From an uncultured Verrucomicrobia subdivision 3 bacterium (GTDB taxonomy: Bacteria; Verrucomicrobiota; Verrucomicrobiia; Limisphaerales; UBA11358): a DNA stretch of 64,000 bases. Made by a program: the position numbers and the translations under genes. Where the stretch lies: positions 1,621-65,620 of the forward strand of contig CAIMLG010000105.1 of the NCBI GenBank assembly GCA_903842235.1, given 5' to 3'. Under the pieces are notes generated by a model, which made no database searches, was not told the origin of the DNA, and worked only from the letters and a program-made list of their open reading frames with translations. Positions 9,021-19,700 of this stretch are shown here, piece by piece. Each line of letters begins with the position of its first letter. Within the stretch, counting starts at the first letter, position 1.

Positions 9021-12000
9021 ATGCCGATTCTCAAAATGACAAGGTCGGGCCGCGGCAGGGCCTGCGATCTGGGGCGCAGGATTGGTTTCGGCCGGTTCCG
9101 GCTGGCCGTTGCCGCCCTTGGGCTCTTGGGGTGCCTCCCGCTGCGGGCGGCCAGCGTGACGCTGGTGACCAATGATGCTTACGGCGCCTCCAGCTTCGCG
9201 GCCGCTGGTTACTGGAGCAACGGCGCGGCGCCCAGCCCCACCAACATTTATTCCACGGCCGGCTTTTCCTTGCGTTCCCCGGCGGACACGGCGGCTTACG
9301 GGTTTGGCGGCGGTTCATTGACCGTGGAAACCGGCGGTCGCTTGTTGATGAAGGGCGTGGGGGGGCAGGCCCTGACGGTGACCAATCTGATTCTGAATGG
9401 CGGCTTGGCCGACTTTGCCAACGGTGGGGCGGATTATTACACCGAAACCCTGGCGGGAAACATCACGCTTCAGGCGGGAACCCGCAGCTATCTGGGGGCG
9501 TTATCGGGGGCGCCGGCCTTCGAAACCTTGGTGGTGGCTGCTGCGATCAGCGGCAGTGGCGATCTGCAGTTGGGCGGGGCCAGCGTCAACGCGGGGGCGG
9601 ACAACGGCGTGGTCATTTTTGCCGGCACCAATTCCTCCACCGGCACCACGACCGTGGCCGGGGGAACCTTGCTGATCAATTTTCCAAACGGCAACGGCAA
9701 CGTCTATGTCACAAACGGTGGCACCCTCGGCGGCACCGGCCGCCTCGGTGGCCCGCTCGTGGTGCTGGCGGGAGGGAAACTCGCGCCCGGCATTCCCGCC
9801 CGGGGGGCACTGGCAGCGTCGCTCGGCGCGCTGACCGTGAGCAGCCCGGCGACGAATGCTGGCATGGTCGTGATGAGAATTGACCGGTCCGGGACAACGC
9901 CCAATGACCGGCTGGTGGCCTCAAGCATTGTCATCAGTCCGGGCGCAACCTTGACGGTAACAAACGTAGGCACGACCAACTTGGCGCCGGGCGACACGTT
10001 CGCGCTCTTCAGCCCGCCCATCAGCGGGGCGTTCGATACCGTGAGCCTGCCCCCGCTGCCCAACCCGGTGTTGATTTGGACCAACCAACTCGCGGTGAAT
10101 GGAACCATCGCCGTGGTCGCCACCAATCTGGTCATCGCCGGCGCGGCTAGCCCGCCGGTCGTGGCGGCCGGCCAGGCCATCTGGCTGACGGTCACGGTGA
10201 TTCCCGCCGCGAATCCAACCAGCACCGGTCTCGCGGTCACCGCCAATCTGACTCCGATTGGCGGTTCGGGCGCGCAGACTTTTTACGACGACGGCACTCA
10301 TGGTGACGGGGCGGCCGGCGATCATATTTATTCCTTTAGCACGACCGTGGCTTCCAATGCGGTTCCGGGCAGCGCGAATCTGAACGTCAGCGCGAGCGAT
10401 GATCAAGGCCGTGCGGTGGGGACGACGATTCCGCTGACCGTCGTCGCGTCCGGGGCGCCGTTTATGGGCGCGCCCTTTCTGTCGCTCTTGGAAACCAACG
10501 CCGCCGGATCGCTCCCAGTTGTCGCGGGGGGGCAGGGCACGCCGATATATTACGGCGGCAATGATGCGACCGTGGTTGGTATCGCGGCCGGTGCGCTGCG
10601 GGATGACGTGCAGCGGGTGACGGGCGTGACCCCGCTCCTTTCCAGCAACCCGCCGGCGGCGACCGCCAACGCGATTTTCATCGGCACCATCGGGAAGAGT
10701 GCGTTGATTGATGGCCTGATCGCCGCCGGGAAAATCCACGTCGGATCCATTCAAGGCCAATGGGAATCCTACCTCGCCACGGTCGTTACGAATCCCGTCG
10801 CCGGGGTCGGCCGGGCGCTGGTGATCGTCGGCAGCGACCGCCGCGGCACGACTTTCGGAGTCTTCGGACTTTCCGAAGCGATCGGCGTTTCGCCGTGGTA
10901 TTGGTTCGGCGATGTGCCCGTGACGCAGCGGATGGCGCTTTACGTGGGTGCCGGCACTTATACCGAGCCATCGCCGGGGGTGAAGTATCGCGGGATTTTT
11001 CTGAACGACGAGGATTGGGGCCTGAATCCGTGGGCGGAGCAGACGTTTGATCCCTCGGGCCAGATCGGCCCGACCACCTACGCGCGGATTTTCGAACTGC
11101 TGCTGCGGTTGCACGCCAATTACATCTGGCCCGCAATGCACGATGTCACGAAGGCGTTCTACACGGTTCCCGGCAACCGCGATATGGCGGAAAACTACGC
11201 CATCGTCATCGGCACGTCGCACCACGAGCCGATGCTGCGCAATACCTCGGAATACAACACCACGACGCTCGGCGCCTACAACTACTGGACCAACCGCGCG
11301 AACATTTACAACTTCTGGGAGCAGCGCGTGATCGAAACCGCGACCAACGAAAACACCTACATTGTCGGCATGCGCGGAATAGGCGACGCCGCCATGATTG
11401 CGCCTGCCGGCACGACGACGCAACAAAAAGCCGATGAGCTGCAGAACGTCATCATCCCCGACCAGCGGCAGATGATCCACGATCACGTCAATGCCAACCC
11501 GGCGCTCGTCCCGCAGGTGTTTGTGCCCTACAAGGAGGCGCTCACGCTCTACCAGACCGGGATGCAAGTGCCCGACGATATCACGCTGGCTTGGCCCGAT
11601 GACAACCACGGATACATCCGCGAACTATCCGGCGCGGCAGAGCGGGCCCGGGGGGGCGGTTCGGGTGTCTATTATCACTTGTCGTATTGGGGGGGGCCAG
11701 TCAGTTATCTGTGGCTTCTCACCACGCCGCCCGCAATGACGTGCGAGGAGATGATGAAGGCCTGGGATTATCAGGCCCGCAGAATTTGGGTCGTGAACGT
11801 CGGCGACCTGAAGCCCGGCGAAATCGGCATGGAGTTTTTTCTGCGGCTGGCGCGGAACCCGGAAGCGTTTCGCAATTTCGACCCGCACGCCTACCTGGCG
11901 CAATGGGCGGCGCGGAATTTCGACGCGCCGAACGCCGAGGCCATTGCCACGCTGCTGGAGGAATATTACCGCCTGAACATCATCACGCGGCCCGAGCAGC

Positions 12001-14093
12001 TCAATTTCACCGCGAGCGGCTTTAATTTTACCGGCAACGGCGACGAGGCGCAGCAACGCTTGGATCAGTTTGCCGCCCTCACCGCATCGGCCAATGCCCT
12101 TTACGCACAACTGCCGGCGAATCAGCAGGCGGCGTTTTACGAGATGATTTTGTATCCGATGCGCGGGGCGGATTTGCAGAATAAAAAGATTTTGCTCGCC
12201 GAGCGCAGCCGGCTGTGGGCCGCGCAAGGCCGCGCGGCCACAACGAAGCTTGCCCTCGCCGCACAAGCCGCGCAGGACGCGATTCTGTCCGAGACGGTTT
12301 TTTACAACAAAACCAACGCCGGCGGAAAATGGAATCGCACGATGACGGTGACCACGACCGGCGAGGCCAAAAAACCTTACATCATGCCAACGCTGGGCAG
12401 CTACACCGCGCCCGGCACCGCCGGTTTAGGGGTGGCGGTGGAAGGCGCCGCCGCCGGGCTGGGCACCCATGCGGGGGTGCTGCCGACGTTCAACCCCATG
12501 GCCAACCAGGCTTATTTCATCGACGTTTTTAACACCGGCACGAGCGCGATGACCTGGACCGCGCAAAGCAGTGTGCCGTGGATCACGCTCACTCAGACCA
12601 ACGGGACTGCCGATGCGCGCCTTTGGGTCGGCATTGATTGGCCGAACGCGCCGCGCGGCTACGCCGTGCCCGGCACGATCACCATCCAAGGCGCGGGCGT
12701 GACCAACACCGTGGACGTGCAGGCCTTTTATCCGCTCTCGCTCAATCTCGTGACGCTCCCGCCGGCGGTGGAGAACAATGGCGTGGTGAGCATTGAAGCG
12801 GAGAATTTCACGTCGCAACAGGACGGCACGAACGGCGTCGGCTGGCGGAGGTTGACTCGCGCGTGCGCCTCGCGCGACGGCATGACCATCCTGCCGGTCA
12901 CGGCGGCAGTCATGGATCCGGCGGCGATTACGAGCAACACGCCGGCGCTCACTTACCAGTTTTACGCGTTCAGCACGGGGGCCACAACGGTTCAGTTGGC
13001 GTGCCTGCCCACGCACAAGATCACCTCTGACCACGTTGGCTGCCGCTACGCGATTTCACTCAACGGCGACCCGCCGCAAGTTGTGGACATCAATGCCGAT
13101 GCGGATTCCGCCGCCTGGAACATCAATGTTCTGCGCGCCGCCGCCTATGGCACATCCCATCACCTGATCGCCAACCCCGGCCTGCAAACGCTGCAGGTCT
13201 GGATGATTGATCCCGGGGTGGTGCTGGACAAGATGACCGTTTCGATCAATAGCGGAGTGTTTGAGGCCGAGAATCAGGCCTTTGCCGCCTCGACGGCTTA
13301 CCACACATTCTCAGAAGCCGGAGTGAGTGGGGACGGGGCGGTCTCGTTGGATGCCACCGGGGTCGGACAATCCATTGCGTTCACTTTGCCTTACCTCGCG
13401 GCTGGCACCTACGACCTGGCGGTGCGCGTCAAAATGTTGAATACCAGAGGTATCGCACAAATGGCAATCGGCGACACCGCCAGCGGACCGTTCAGCAAAC
13501 TCGGCAGCCCGCTGGACTTCTACGCTGCATCTGCCACCTACACAAATCTCGTGACGCTTCGAGTCACCAATTCAACGGCTGGTCCGAAATACCTCCAATT
13601 CACGATTACGGGCAAAAACGCCGCCTCCAGCAGTTATCAAATTGTCCTCGATAAATTCACGTTTGTTCCCGTCATGGCCGGAACCCCGGCGCCCTCGCTC
13701 GGAGGCTGGCGCCTGGCCTACTTTGGCACGACCGACAATGCCGGCGATGCCGGCGATGCCGCGGATCCCGATCACGACGGGATTCCCAACCTGATCGAAT
13801 ATGCGACGGGCAGCTATCCGACCGCCGTCAGCGGGGCCTTACTGGCGGCAGCCATTACAAATAATCATCTGGCCGTGACCTTCAACCGGGCCAAAGACGC
13901 CCCCGGCGTTACGATTCATGTGGCGGCGGCGAACAGCCTGTCCGACTTGTTGTCCGGCGGAACGGAAATCTGGTCGAGTGCCGTTGTGCCTTATCCCGCA
14001 GGTTTGGCGCCGGTCGCGCCGGTTACGGTCGTTGATCCGCAAGAAAACACCAACACTACGCGCTTCCTCCGGTTAAGCGTGTCCCGTCCTTGA
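9021..14093 (+). CDS. Modular exoprotein: head plus neck modules, Ig-like segment, GH115-like alpha-glucuronidase domain, CBM-like domains, TSP3-like D-x-D motif tail
   Basis: Signal-like N-terminus; ATG 9036 is an alternative start. The head and neck modules are paralogous to 6910-7910. The GH115-like core shows YRGIFLNDEDWGLNPWA, LRLHANYIWPAMH and GTSHHEPMLRN. The C-terminus has DPDHDGIPNLIEYATG and ends RFLRLSVSRP. Confidence 0.88.
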   Translation: MPILKMTRSGRGRACDLGRRIGFGRFRLAVAALGLLGCLPLRAASVTLVTNDAYGASSFAAAGYWSNGAAPSPTNIYSTAGFSLRSPADTAAYGFGGGSLTVETGGRLLMKGVGGQALTVTNLILNGGLADFANGGADYYTETLAGNITLQAGTRSYLGALSGAPAFETLVVAAAISGSGDLQLGGASVNAGADNGVVIFAGTNSSTGTTTVAGGTLLINFPNGNGNVYVTNGGTLGGTGRLGGPLVVLAGGKLAPGIPARGALAASLGALTVSSPATNAGMVVMRIDRSGTTPNDRLVASSIVISPGATLTVTNVGTTNLAPGDTFALFSPPISGAFDTVSLPPLPNPVLIWTNQLAVNGTIAVVATNLVIAGAASPPVVAAGQAIWLTVTVIPAANPTSTGLAVTANLTPIGGSGAQTFYDDGTHGDGAAGDHIYSFSTTVASNAVPGSANLNVSASDDQGRAVGTTIPLTVVASGAPFMGAPFLSLLETNAAGSLPVVAGGQGTPIYYGGNDATVVGIAAGALRDDVQRVTGVTPLLSSNPPAATANAIFIGTIGKSALIDGLIAAGKIHVGSIQGQWESYLATVVTNPVAGVGRALVIVGSDRRGTTFGVFGLSEAIGVSPWYWFGDVPVTQRMALYVGAGTYTEPSPGVKYRGIFLNDEDWGLNPWAEQTFDPSGQIGPTTYARIFELLLRLHANYIWPAMHDVTKAFYTVPGNRDMAENYAIVIGTSHHEPMLRNTSEYNTTTLGAYNYWTNRANIYNFWEQRVIETATNENTYIVGMRGIGDAAMIAPAGTTTQQKADELQNVIIPDQRQMIHDHVNANPALVPQVFVPYKEALTLYQTGMQVPDDITLAWPDDNHGYIRELSGAAERARGGGSGVYYHLSYWGGPVSYLWLLTTPPAMTCEEMMKAWDYQARRIWVVNVGDLKPGEIGMEFFLRLARNPEAFRNFDPHAYLAQWAARNFDAPNAEAIATLLEEYYRLNIITRPEQLNFTASGFNFTGNGDEAQQRLDQFAALTASANALYAQLPANQQAAFYEMILYPMRGADLQNKKILLAERSRLWAAQGRAATTKLALAAQAAQDAILSETVFYNKTNAGGKWNRTMTVTTTGEAKKPYIMPTLGSYTAPGTAGLGVAVEGAAAGLGTHAGVLPTFNPMANQAYFIDVFNTGTSAMTWTAQSSVPWITLTQTNGTADARLWVGIDWPNAPRGYAVPGTITIQGAGVTNTVDVQAFYPLSLNLVTLPPAVENNGVVSIEAENFTSQQDGTNGVGWRRLTRACASRDGMTILPVTAAVMDPAAITSNTPALTYQFYAFSTGATTVQLACLPTHKITSDHVGCRYAISLNGDPPQVVDINADADSAAWNINVLRAAAYGTSHHLIANPGLQTLQVWMIDPGVVLDKMTVSINSGVFEAENQAFAASTAYHTFSEAGVSGDGAVSLDATGVGQSIAFTLPYLAAGTYDLAVRVKMLNTRGIAQMAIGDTASGPFSKLGSPLDFYAASATYTNLVTLRVTNSTAGPKYLQFTITGKNAASSSYQIVLDKFTFVPVMAGTPAPSLGGWRLAYFGTTDNAGDAGDAADPDHDGIPNLIEYATGSYPTAVSGALLAAAITNNHLAVTFNRAKDAPGVTIHVAAANSLSDLLSGGTEIWSSAVVPYPAGLAPVAPVTVVDPQENTNTTRFLRLSVSRP

Positions 14094-14206
14094 TCTAAAC
14101 TCTGAAACGCCACAGTTGATCTGCAGTCTGAATGTTAGAATGCCAAACTGAAATCCAGCAACCGATTACAAACCACACCTGAATAATCATCAATCCCCAA
14201 TAGCGC

Positions 14207-14983
14207 ATGAAAATCCCCATTGTAACTAAGTTACTTCTATTCTCGGCGATCCTTCCCGTGATGGCTGCGGATCCCGTCCAACCCAATACCCTCACCGACA
14301 CGGAAAAAGCCGCCGGTTGGCGTTTGCTTTGGGATGGTAAAACCACGGAGGGCTGGCGCAGTCCGAAGAGCGACGCATTTCCCAAGAAGGGCTGGTCTAT
14401 CAAGGATGGCGTGCTGACGGTCCACGACAACAAAGGCGAGGAATCTGCCGGCGGAGGCGATATTATCACCAAGGAACGATTCTCGGAGTTTGAACTGCTG
14501 GTGGATTTCAAGCTCACCCCCGGCGCGAACAGCGGCATCAAGTATTTCGTCCAGCCGAACCTGGCCCCCATTGACAAGCAGACCGGCAAGCCCACCGGCG
14601 TGGGTTCGGCCATTGGTCTCGAATTTCAGCTTCTCGATGATGAGCGGCATCCCGACGCCAAGCTGGGGCGCGATGGGGACCGCACGATTTCCTCACTCTA
14701 TGACTTGATCACAGCCTCGCCGTCGAAGCAGCCCAACCCGATCGGCGAATGGAACACCGCGCATATTATTGTCCGCGGCAAACACGTCGAGCACTGGCTG
14801 AACGGGCAGAAAGTGGTGGAGTATGAGCGTGGCTCTCCCGCGTTCCGGGCGGTGGTGGCGCAGAGTAAATTCAAGAACATCCCGGACTTTGGCGAATGGG
14901 CGGACGGCCACCTCCTGTTGCAGGTGCACGGCAACACGGTTTCGTTCCGCAACCTCAAGATCCGGGTTCCCGCCGGCAAGTAA
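14207..14983 (+). CDS. DUF1080 (3-keto-disaccharide hydrolase-like) domain protein, secreted
   Basis: Signal peptide MKIPIVTKLLLFSAILPVMAADP. Family-typical motifs are GW..LWDGKT..GW, GGDIITKE.F.DFEL..DFK...ANSGI.Y and a C-terminal LQ.HG..V.FRN..I. Confidence 0.9.
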   Translation: MKIPIVTKLLLFSAILPVMAADPVQPNTLTDTEKAAGWRLLWDGKTTEGWRSPKSDAFPKKGWSIKDGVLTVHDNKGEESAGGGDIITKERFSEFELLVDFKLTPGANSGIKYFVQPNLAPIDKQTGKPTGVGSAIGLEFQLLDDERHPDAKLGRDGDRTISSLYDLITASPSKQPNPIGEWNTAHIIVRGKHVEHWLNGQKVVEYERGSPAFRAVVAQSKFKNIPDFGEWADGHLLLQVHGNTVSFRNLKIRVPAGK

Positions 14984-15007
14984 TCCACCCGCACCCAAAT
15001 TTTCAAA

Positions 15008-16453
15008 ATGAAATCATCCTCACGCAGCAGTCTATTTGGCCGGCCGATAGGACGGCGTTCATTTATCAAAGGGGTTCTGGCCGCCGGAACCGTTTCTGTG
15101 ATTTCTCCGCCGGCATGGTTCGCTGCGGATGCTCCTGCCCGCCGAAGCCGGGGCGAAAAGGTTCGCCTGGCTTGCATCGGCATCGGCAATCGGGGCGCGG
15201 ATGTGGTCAAGGCGCTCAACGCCACCGGCCTCGCCGACATCGTTGCGCTCTGCGACACCGACATGGGCGCGCCGCATACACAGGGGGTTTTGAAAATGTT
15301 TCCGAACGTCCCGCGCTTCCAGGATTTTCGGAAGCTGTTCGACAAGCTGGGCAAAGAGATTGATGCCGTCAGCGTCGCGGTTCCCGATTTTTCGCATTTT
15401 CCCATTGCGATGCTCGCGATGTCGCTGGGCAAGCATGTGTATTGTGAAAAGCCGATGGCGCACAGCTTCAAACAGATTGAACTGATGATGGCGGCCGAGA
15501 AGAAATACCAAGTGGCCTGTCAGATGGGCAACCAGGGCCACTCTGAGGCAAACTATTTCCAGTTCAAGGCCTGGACCGACGCGGGCGTCATCAAGAACGT
15601 CACCAAGATTACCACGTGGATGAACAATTCGCGCCGTTGGCACGGGATGAAAGTGGACGGCTATCTGCCAGAGCAGCCGATTCCCGAGTCACTGGACTGG
15701 GATTGCTGGCTCGCGACGGCTTCGGCCCACAAATACAACCAGGGTTACGTCAACGGGGACTGGCGCTCCTGGTTCGACTTCGGCAACGGCGCGCTGGGCG
15801 ACTGGGGGGCGCACATCTTCGACACCGCGCACGAGTTTCTTGACCTTGGCTTGCCGGTCGAAGTCGATCCGAAATCGGAAGGCTACAGCCCTTATATTTT
15901 TCCACAAGCGACCACGCTGGCCTTCAAGTTCCCGGCGCGCGGCACCAAGCCCGCGCTGGAACTGATGTGGTATGACGGCCAGGATAATCTGCCGCCGCTG
16001 CCCGACAACATGGGAGCATCAGTCGTGGATTCCGACATCCCGCCACCGTCAAAGGGGGCGCCCGTGCCGGGCAATCAGAAGCGTCCTCCCGGAAAGATCA
16101 TTTACGGCGAAGGGCTGACTTTCAAAGGCGGCTCCCATGCCAGCACGCTGAAAATTATTCCTGAGGAAAAGGCGAAGGCAATGGCGGCCAAGCTGCCCGC
16201 AGTGCCGAAGAGTCCGTCAAATCACTTCGCGAACTTTCTGAAGGCGGCCAAGGGCGAAGAGAAAACCCGCTCGAATTTTGCGGTGGCTGGCCCGCTGTGT
16301 CAGGCGATGGCCATCGGAATTATCGCGCAGCGGGTGAACGCGAAACTTGAGTTCGACCGTGCGACGAAGCAAATCACCAATCACAAGGTCGCGAACGCAT
16401 TCCTGGACGGCGTGCCGCCACGCAGGGATTGGGAGCAATACTATAAACTGTGA
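15008..16453 (+). CDS. Gfo/Idh/MocA family oxidoreductase with twin-arginine signal
   Basis: TAT motif GRRSFIKGVLAAG. Rossmann N-terminus RLACIGIGNRG, plus the EKP motif (HVYCEKPMAH) typical of Gfo/Idh/MocA. Confidence 0.92.
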   Translation: MKSSSRSSLFGRPIGRRSFIKGVLAAGTVSVISPPAWFAADAPARRSRGEKVRLACIGIGNRGADVVKALNATGLADIVALCDTDMGAPHTQGVLKMFPNVPRFQDFRKLFDKLGKEIDAVSVAVPDFSHFPIAMLAMSLGKHVYCEKPMAHSFKQIELMMAAEKKYQVACQMGNQGHSEANYFQFKAWTDAGVIKNVTKITTWMNNSRRWHGMKVDGYLPEQPIPESLDWDCWLATASAHKYNQGYVNGDWRSWFDFGNGALGDWGAHIFDTAHEFLDLGLPVEVDPKSEGYSPYIFPQATTLAFKFPARGTKPALELMWYDGQDNLPPLPDNMGASVVDSDIPPPSKGAPVPGNQKRPPGKIIYGEGLTFKGGSHASTLKIIPEEKAKAMAAKLPAVPKSPSNHFANFLKAAKGEEKTRSNFAVAGPLCQAMAIGIIAQRVNAKLEFDRATKQITNHKVANAFLDGVPPRRDWEQYYKL

Positions 16454-16779
16454 AAGGCGGGCGCTACATATGCCAACCAAGGCAGATTGCCGGCAGGCAA
16501 CCAATGGATGAGCCTTTTTGAGGCTTATGGAGGCAAGATGGTCCCGGCTTATGAAAAGCACCAAGCAAGACACCTCCAAAGAGCCGTCTTAGGTGGTTCG
16601 TTATACACTCCGTTACGGACCTTACGGCGAAGTGAACCAGCCATATCAATTGTTTGGACGCATTGGCGATTGGAGGCCGGAGGTTCGATTCCTTGGTGCC
16701 CGGTTTTGCAGGCTATTATCACTTCGCCTTGTTCAGACCGGTTTTACACAAGCCTCAACCTCAAATTCAGAATCAAGCC

Positions 16780-19700
16780 ATGAAGAGTATGCTGATCGGA
16801 ATTGCATGTTTTGTTTCTGGGACGTCGAAACGATGGCCTGTCTTTTCCTTTGTGTTGGTCTGTGTCTTATCGATAGGCATGGCCGGTCACGGCCAAGTGC
16901 TTCGATGGGACAATATGCCAGCCAAGGCTGGGGTTCAGGATGGCGGTGGCAATTGGAGTAATTCAAGCACCCTGACCAACTGGTGGAATGGGACAAGGAA
17001 TGTTGCCTGGATCACTGGTGCCTCAGCAGTAATTGGCTCGAATTTGACTTCCAGCGCAACGATTACGCTGGCCAATTCCATCGTCGCTGGAGGCATGATT
17101 TTCTCAAATAACTTTACCATCACCGCAGCCGGACAAAGTGTGCCTGCCTACACGGTTGCGGGTATCGCTCCCAACACAAACCTGACAGTAATGGGGAGTC
17201 CAGCTGAATTAGTCATGGCGGATAATTGTCCCAATCCACAATCTTATCCGGGGGCCTCTGGCCAAGTGACGATTAATGCCTCCCTCGTAGCCACTGGCGG
17301 AATAAGTGTGGTAACTAAGGCCTCGGGGTGGCAGTCGCAAATCGCCTTTAACAACCCGACGAATTTCATCAATGGCACGATGGAAGTCGGAACCCCGGGG
17401 GCTACGGATTACAACAGTGCTACCGCCTTGCAGGTGCAGTTCAATAACAGCGGTTTGGGCGCGGGAACTTTGACGGGTTGCACCAACCTGATCATCCACA
17501 CCAACTCCGGCGTGCTGCTGCGCGGAACCAGTGGCGGTTATACCCTCAACTGGCCGAAGAATTTCATCATTTCCGGCGATGGCATTCCGGCTTCGTTCTT
17601 CTGCTTCGGCGCCATCAACTTTTCCGGCAACAATGGCTGCACCTTTCCTGCGAACATCCAACTGGCCGGGGACAGCACGGTGATTTTGACCTGGGGCGTT
17701 AACAATGCGGCGGTCACCAACGCCGGCAACATTACCGGCGCGGGCCGCCTGCGCTTGAATCAATCCGCCAACCGGCCCACGACGGGTTCCCGGGTGGTTT
17801 TGAAAGGCACGAACACTTATGTGGGGGCTACGATTATAGACGGGGGCCTGGTGGTGCAGGCCGCGTCTGGCGCGAACAACCGATTGCCGGGCGGAACAGC
17901 GCTTCAATTGGGCAATTCAGGACTTTTCTATGCGGCGAACAGCAGCGGGACGCCGCAATCGAGCTACAATGGTTTTGGTGGGCTGATCTTGGGGGACCTG
18001 GGCGGGGCGAGTTCGCAAATGCTGAGCGGGCTGACCAGCGACACGACGGCCTTGGGGCAGCAAAGTTATGTGGCGGGTGGGAATGCGGCGGCGGTCTCCA
18101 CGCTAACGGTAAGCAACAACGGGGACAACATCTATATCGGCACGCTGGGCGGGACGGCCGCACCCGCGAGCAATCTAGCGTTGGTGAAGAGCGGCGCCGG
18201 CACGCTGAAGTTGCACGGCACGAACTTGTGCGCGGGCGGATATGCGATCAATGGCGGAACGGTGGTGTTTGGGGATGGTGTGGCGGACTATCCCTTGACC
18301 GGCCCTATTACCAATAATGCCACCGTCACTTTTAATGTCGCCAGCCGCCAAACCTATACCGGTGTGATCAGGGGCGGCGGCGCGCTGAATTTAAATGGCT
18401 TTGGCGTCTTGACCTTCGCAGGAACCAATGCCGGAACCGGCGCATTTAACATTCGATCCGGCACGCTGGCGGTTAATACCGATGCGCAGTTAAGCGGCGT
18501 GCCGATGGTGTTGTCACCGGGTGCGAGTTTGCAGGTGAATCGCACGGCAAACGAAAACAGTCTGGCGGTCGCTGCCTTGACGGCAACCAATGCGACCCTC
18601 AGTTTTAATCTGGCGGGATATGCCATCAACAGCTCCCCGTTGTTGGCGGTGCTGGGAGCTTTCGTTAATACGGGAAATTCCACAATTAACCTGCCCAATC
18701 CGGGTTCGATTGCGGCCGGAAGGGGATCGCTGATCACCTATGGGAGCTATCAGAGCAATGCTTTCAGTTCTTTCACGGTGAATGGCCTCCGGCCGGGCAT
18801 GGTTGCCCGCGTCGAGGACAACCCGGGGAATCATTCGCTGGACCTGGTGGTTTCCATCGTTGATCCCACGGTCACGGCCATCGTTCAGTCGGGCCATGTG
18901 TTAAACTTGTCATGGCCGGCCGCCTGCACGGGCTGGCAATTGCAGGGCCAGACCAATCCGTTAAGTCTCGGTTTGAGCAGCAATTGGTTCAATCTTTCCG
19001 GAACTGAGGCGACAAATAGCTATGCGATGGGAATTGATCCGACCACGCCGACGGAGTTTTTCCGCCTCATCTACCCGCCGATGCCGCCAATTCAAATGCC
19101 AATTTTCTCGAACTCGGCATTCGTCTTTTACCCCGACCGGATGGAGTGCTCGGATGTATACGCCGGGGTTTATCGCTCCACCAATGGCTTGACCATCACC
19201 CAGGATGGAAATCCAAGCTATGCTTGGACAACCCCGCAGATGAACCAGCTCTCTTTGCAAACACCCTACCCCATTCTGGATGGCGCGTTTGCTCTGGCGG
19301 TGGATGCGCTGTTCAAAGTGCGGGCGCCAGCCGGAACCGCCAGTGCCATGCTGGGGGGATACAGTCCCGGCAGCGTTTATTATGTTCCCTATTTCTATAT
19401 GACCCACGGCGCCGATATCCGCGAATACACCCGGGATTTCTCCCAGGAAATCCAATGGGGAGATATCGCCGTCATTGATCCGGTCACCACACGCGGAACA
19501 CTGATACGCCGGTGCGATATTACCAATAACATCATCCGCGAGGATGCCGTGGTCACCTCGGACAGCATTCATTTCATTTCCGCAGCATGGGAATATTTCA
19601 AAATCACCGGCGACACTAATTTGCTGACGACCTGTTGGCGTTGCATGTGGAACACCATGACGAACAAGGAAACGACCTATTTGGATGGCGACGATGGTCT

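Noticed and set aside
9921-11609. 562-aa minus-strand ORF. The same applies to long antisense ORFs at 4614..5963, 2616..3398, 3714..4529, 34626..36332, 36357..37373, 38923..40068, 50806..51933, 51952..52950, 53539..54654, 55965..56756, 60283..61080 and 61227..62363.
   Set aside because: All lie antisense to genes with strong family motifs. They are Arg/Gly/Ala/Pro/His-rich and lack motifs, so they are GC-driven shadow frames.
16679-16695. tRNA T-arm-like GGAGGTTCGATTCCTTG
   Set aside because: No complementary acceptor 5' strand, D-arm or anticodon arm lies within the expected distance on either strand. The T-stem also has a G-G mismatch. I do not call it a tRNA or tmRNA gene.
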